Assembly: GCA_043228905.1 (NCBI GenBank)
Contig: JBHGNT010000268.1
Location: 1 to 42,860 of the forward strand
Direction of reading: 5' to 3'
Origin: Azolla caroliniana
Taxonomy: Eukaryota; Plantae; Polypodiophyta
DNA: 42,860 bases
Under the pieces are notes generated by a model that ran no database searches, was not told the origin of the DNA, and worked only from the letters and a program-made list of their open reading frames with translations. Positions 37,601 through 42,860 of the stretch are shown here, piece after piece. The position numbers and the translations under genes are program-made. Within the stretch, counting starts at the first letter, position 1, and every line of letters starts with the position of its first letter.

Positions 37601-40600
37601 CCAAGATGCATATTCTTCACAGCAAAATGGGGCATATGTCCCTGGCTTGAAGAATCATCATCAGCAAACTGAGCAAGGAACAGAACCGCAGAAGCAAAAT
37701 TTCACTGAGACTTTTCATGGCAAGGCAGTGTCTTCTCCAAGTATTGTGGCAACCACAGGGAGTGTAAATGCGGAAAATATTGGAATGAGTCCTCATGTAG
37801 CAACACAATCTGCTGCAATTTTATTGGATGAAGATAAGAATTTATATTTGGATAAGAGTGAAAAAACCTCAGCTGTACCTATTTTGGAAGCTACTGAACA
37901 AGCTAAGGAAAATGTAATAAATGTGGAAATAGAAATGAATAGCAAAGAACAAAAATCTGATTCCTCTGAGGGGTTGTCAGCACTGTTCATTAAGGATGGT
38001 GGACAATTGGAGGAACAATCTAAGGAAGCCCAACTGGATCCCACATCATTAGGAACGCTAACAACCAAAGACACTGTGAAAGTGCCTGAACAAGTAAAAG
38101 AGGACCAGGGAGATCCTGTTTTATTGAAAGATGCCTGCGAAATTGATTCAGTGCCAGAAATAAGTCATGGAAACAAGAAAAAGGAGTTGTTATTGGAAGT
38201 CTATTCAGCAGATGCACAGGAGGTGGGAAAGGTTCAGGTTGAAGCCAGAAGGCAACCTGAGGATAAGTTGCAAGATGGATATGCTGTGAAAAGCATGCCG
38301 CTGAAACCTGAGGATCAGGCCAAGGATCAAGCAGTGGTACCTACAGCTTCAAAAGAAGGTATAAATTCTAAAGAAGGAGAAAATTTGAAAGAATGGGCAG
38401 AACCAAAGAAAGGGGCAGACTTGAAAGAAGAGTCAGATTTGAAAGAAATAATAGAATTTAATGCAATCATAACATCTACTGGTAGTATAGATTTGATTGC
38501 ACAAGATAATAATATGGCAGTTGCAACACAGCAAACTGAGGTGGATATCCCAGCACCTGTCAAGGAAGATGAGGGGAAGGAAATAGAAGGTGGCGCTAAT
38601 GCATTAGAGGATTCTCTGTCAAGCCTCAGACTTGAGCCATTGGTAAATAAATCTCCAAGAGACAATGCTATTTTTGATGAGTCAGTAAATTGTGATGCTT
38701 CCAGCCAAGGCAGAAGCATAGATGAACAATCAGCCATAGGAAAAGTTCAAGATGTACATCATATTGGTTCTGTCGTGCTTCCAATTTTGGATATAAGTCT
38801 GGGACCAGACAAAAGTATGCAGCAAGTGCAGATGATGGATAATTTGAACAATGGGACTGCTGTGTCTACAACAAAAGGTGAAGCTGCCTCAGGAGAGATA
38901 CATGTTCCTGTTGCTCTCGACACCAGGCAAGGGGGCAAGAAAAAGAAGATGAAGGATATTTTGGCTAAAGCAGATGCAGCAGGAAACACTGCTGATTTAT
39001 ACAATGCCTACAAAGCTCCAGAAGAGAAGAAACATGAAACAAAAGTTTCAAAAGTGGATGACGCAAAACCTTCAAGTGCAGAATCTGTAAATGGGTCAAC
39101 TGTGCCTGATGAGAGTCCTGCATCTAAAGAACTTGAAGACTGGGAGGATGCAGTGGAACTTCCAACTCCCAAGACCTCATCAATGGCAGAAGCAGTTGGT
39201 AGGGGTAGCAAGTCTGCAAATGAAATGTACACTAGAGATTTCTTGCTGACATTCAAAGATCAGCATCTGGAACTTCCTGTTGACTTCGATATGAAACCAG
39301 AAATCATTGACTTGCTTGTCAATCCTCATCTTGTTAATCAACAGCTCTCCAATAAGACCCTTGATCGCCAGCTTAGTGGTGGCTCAAGACGTGGTATGCT
39401 TGATGAAGATCGATGGCCGAGACAACCACAGGGTTTGCACTCTCCATCATGGCCAGAAAATTATATGGACATGGGTCCTCCAGGTGGATTCCGTCCGGGT
39501 GGTGCACCCGGTCTCATTCCTCGGATGCCCCCAAATACTCGTCCAGGAATTTCAATGGTACCCATATCCCCAGGATTAATTCCTGGGAAACCCTCCACAC
39601 CATCGCCAATCACTGGTCTTGTTAGGCCAAACACTGTCGATTCTGATAGATGGCAGAGGATGCCAACTGGGCAAAAAGGGCTTATTCCATCCCCACACAA
39701 CCCGTTACCAGCTGTACACAAGGCTGAAAAAAGATATGAAGTTGGTAAGAATACTGATGAAGAGGAGGTGAAGCAAAGGCAAATTAAAGGAATACTTAAT
39801 AAGCTGACACCACAGAACTTTGATAAACTTTTTGAGAAAGTTAATGATGTGAATATTCAGTCAGCTGCTGCTCTAAATGGTGTGATATCACAGATTTTTG
39901 ATAAGGCACTCACAGAGCCAACTTTTTGTGAGATGTATGCAAAATTCTGCAAACAGCTAGCTTCGCATATGCCAGAGTTTCTTGAAGCTGATGAAAAAGT
40001 TACATTTAAGAGGGTTCTATTAAACAAATGTCAAGAAGAGTTTCACAAGGGCGAGAAAGAGCAGGCTGAGGCTTCAAAAGTGGAGGAAGGGAAGGAGCTG
40101 AGTCTAGAAGAACGTGAGGAGAGGCGTATTAAAGGAAAGAGACGGATGCTTGGAAACATCCGATTTATTGGAGAATTATATAAAAAACAAATGCTGACAG
40201 AACGGATCATGCATGAATGCATCATAAAGCTGTTGGGGGAATTTGAGAATCCAGAAGAAGAAGATGTTGAAGCGTTATGCAAATTAGTGAGCACCATTGG
40301 TCATATGATTGATCAACCAAAGGCAAAGGAACATATGGAGGCCTACTTTGATAGGTTTGATAGGTTATCTCATAATCAAAAGCTCTCCTCCCGTATAAGG
40401 TTCATGCTGAGGGATGTCATTGATCTTCGAAGGAATGGTTGGCAAGAGAGAAGGAAAGTTGATGGTCCAAAGAAGATAGAAGAAGTACATCGAGATGCTG
40501 TGCAAGAGAGGCAGGCTACTGTTGCACAAGCAGGTCGTCTTTCTCGTGGACCGAGTATGGGCACATCAGCTGGGAGAAGGATCATACCTCCATCAGACTT

Positions 40601-42804
40601 TCCCATACGTGGTCCCTCATCACCCATGTTTTCTCCAACAACACCAATTGGTGGTTCTCAGACAGGTGGCCATAGAGGACTTCCATCTTATGCTGGTGGC
40701 CGAAGCTCAATTTTGCAAGATGTACGGATGGAAGAAAGGTTATCTGCGGACAATAGATCCCTCCCAATGCCCTTATCCCAGCGTCCATTAGATGAGGCCC
40801 CACTAACACTTGGTCCTCAAGGTGGTCTTGGCAGGGGTATGCGTGGCCAAACTGAAGTCAGACGTTTTGGTCCAGCTTCAATGGCAGCCTACAGCTCTGG
40901 TTCAGTTCTTGGAGTTGAAAGGCCTCACACTCCACCTGAAAAGCCTATCCTGGACAAACCAGATAGATATGTGCCTGGACCTTCCATTAAAGGCTCACAC
41001 AACCTTGAACGCACTCTCAGTGATAGAGCTGTCAGTACATCTGCATCATTTGCTGAACATCATCAGCAACAGAGCAGTAGACCACCCACAGAACCTTTGT
41101 CTGTGCCTCTGGATGAAGATCAGCTGATTAAGCAAAGTAAAGGTGCTTTGGTAGAGTATTTCAGGTTTGTCTTTGTTATCAGTTGATCTGCCCTTTTCTT
41201 TGGCTTTCTTTAATTTAAGAAAAATTGTATTTTAAATGTCGAATTCTTGATGACAGTGCCCGAGATGTGAAGGAAGTGATGCGGTGCATTGAAGAATTAA
41301 GGGCTCCCAAGTTCTATTCTACGATGGTGTATATATGGATATTTCTTGCTTTGGAAAAGAAGGAATTGGAAAGAGATATTTTCATAACTCTGCTAATTAG
41401 CTTATGCAAATCTGAGCCTTTTCTGCTCAATCTGGATACAGTTTTCCTGGGGTAAGTGATGTACTATTTCTCAGAAGGTTCTGGACATGATAGCTGTCGT
41501 GGTGCACATTTATAATATATTTTAATTGCATTTACCAAGAGATATAAACACAAATTATACTGTGAACATGCACGCAAAGGAATTCTCATGTGCAGTCATG
41601 TAATCTTCTAGAACAGAATAAAGCGTGATAAATCTTAGATGATAATGGAGTTGCACCTGAAAATAGTGAAATAGGATACTCAATATCTGATGTGCATAGT
41701 GTGATATATAACTGGGTGATGCAAAGGAATTCTCATGTGCAGTCATGTAATCTTCTAGAACAGAATAAAGCGTGATAAATCTTAGATGATAATGGAGTTG
41801 CACCTGAAAATAGTGAAATAGGATACTCAATATCTGATGTGCATAGTGTGATATATAACTGGGTGCTTTGAGATCTTCTTGGTTCAAACTTTTGTTTGGT
41901 TAGGATGCTAGGATTTTAAGAAAAGAGTCATATCTTACATGACTTGAACTTTGTTTTTGGTTCCGCAAACATGATTGTCTTATACATGTTTTGCTTGAAA
42001 CAGGGAGTGCATTTTTGTTTTTCTGCTGCTAGAACTGTCTGGTTTCAATTGAGTCAATATTTATAGTCTCAAAGATATAAGTGAGCACTAATACAACATT
42101 TAGCCAGCAATTAAGAACACAATGTTTAACTGTTGTAGCCAAAAAATATATATTTTTGGAGTCTGAGATGTTACATCCAAATGTTTATAACAGCTTTCAG
42201 ATGGCTATAGAGAATCTGGAAGATTTTTCAATGGATGTACCAAAGGCACCCCAATATCTGATTGGAATGTTTAAGAAGCTTATTTCAGAAGAAGTCTTAT
42301 CAATGGAGCAAGTTTCAGATTTGATTAAAAAAACTGATTTGATTCATTCCCTTGATATTGTAGGACAGGTAAAATTATAGATTCATTCAAGAGACTTGGT
42401 ATTCCTATTTTTGCATCAACATATTTGTTCCTATGTATTTTTTGAAGTGCTCATTTGTTTCGTGACATCCACATTTTATTATATGGTTCTCAGTCTGTCT
42501 AGATGTCTCCTTGTACAGGATGCTGATAAGCATGGACCATCGAACATTCAACATTTAGAGAATAAACTGTCAGAATATTTAAAAGGAAACGATCCTGTTT
42601 CTGAGATAGAAAAATGGCTGGAGGTCAGTTGAGTGGCCTTGGTGTCAGGTAATTTTTGAAGATTAGGTGCTTGATATTGTATTTAATTTATCACTGCTTT
42701 ATTTGTTACAGGAAAATGCAAAATCTGAAATGCAGTCGAGTTCGAGTTTTTTAAGGATGCTGATGACTCATGTTTTAAGACATTCTGTACCTGCTGCCTA
42801 TGAG
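34691..42804 (+). CDS. eIF4G: Eukaryotic translation initiation factor 4G (large isoform), 3' end beyond the window
   Basis: Predicted phase-consistent exons: 34691-34875, 36258-36412, 36496-36609, 36681-36763, 36846-41164, 41257-41451, 42194-42368, 42519-42623, 42712-42804. Plant N-terminal motifs FQFGSI and IPARTSSAPP; KADAAG..DLYNAYK; eIF4E-binding YTRDFLL (39228-39248); MIF4G (ILNKLTPQNF...RRMLGNIRFIGELYK); MA3 (EYFSARDVKE). Confidence 0.95.
41574..41865. repeat. Perfect 147-bp tandem duplication in an eIF4G intron
   Basis: The unit starting gcaaaggaattctcatgtgc occurs at 41574 and 41721; the copies read identical. Confidence 0.95.
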
Positions 42805-42860
42805 GTATAAGCAGCATTTAGGAAATTTTTCTTTTATCATATCTTGAACTCTGGTTTGTT

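Noticed and set aside
41555-41887. 110-aa minus-strand ORF with a 49-aa repeat
   Set aside because: Explained by the 147-bp (49-codon) duplication inside an eIF4G intron; no protein features.

Overview
Eukaryotic, AT-rich, gene-dense land-plant nuclear DNA with GT-AG introns, telo-boxes and microsatellites. The highly homogeneous PLS-class PPR arrays, the WW-like DYW domain and an eIF4G that appears to keep a W2 domain point, by inference, to a non-flowering vascular plant, most likely a fern. From left to right the minus strand carries: (1) a bacterial-type erythromycin-esterase-family (EreA/EreB-like) hydrolase, a horizontal-transfer candidate that may have gained a spliceosomal intron and a poly-Glu exon; (2) TIM23; (3) a 3-exon gene encoding only the Zn-binding domain of a YVH1/DUSP12-type dual-specificity phosphatase; (4) three tandem PLS-PPR RNA-editing-factor paralogues that share a short homologous first exon and show graded loss of the DYW deaminase domain (complete with a non-DYW tail; frameshifted; truncated next to an LTR). 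On the plus strand is a multi-exon eIF4G that runs off the right edge. Non-coding structure includes a 513-bp hAT-type MITE with an 8-bp TSD, a 14 x 233-bp satellite with a 4-mer higher-order repeat, an LTR remnant with its polypurine tract, an interstitial telomere-like tract, and several small tandem duplications. All calls come from reading the sequence; no searches were run.
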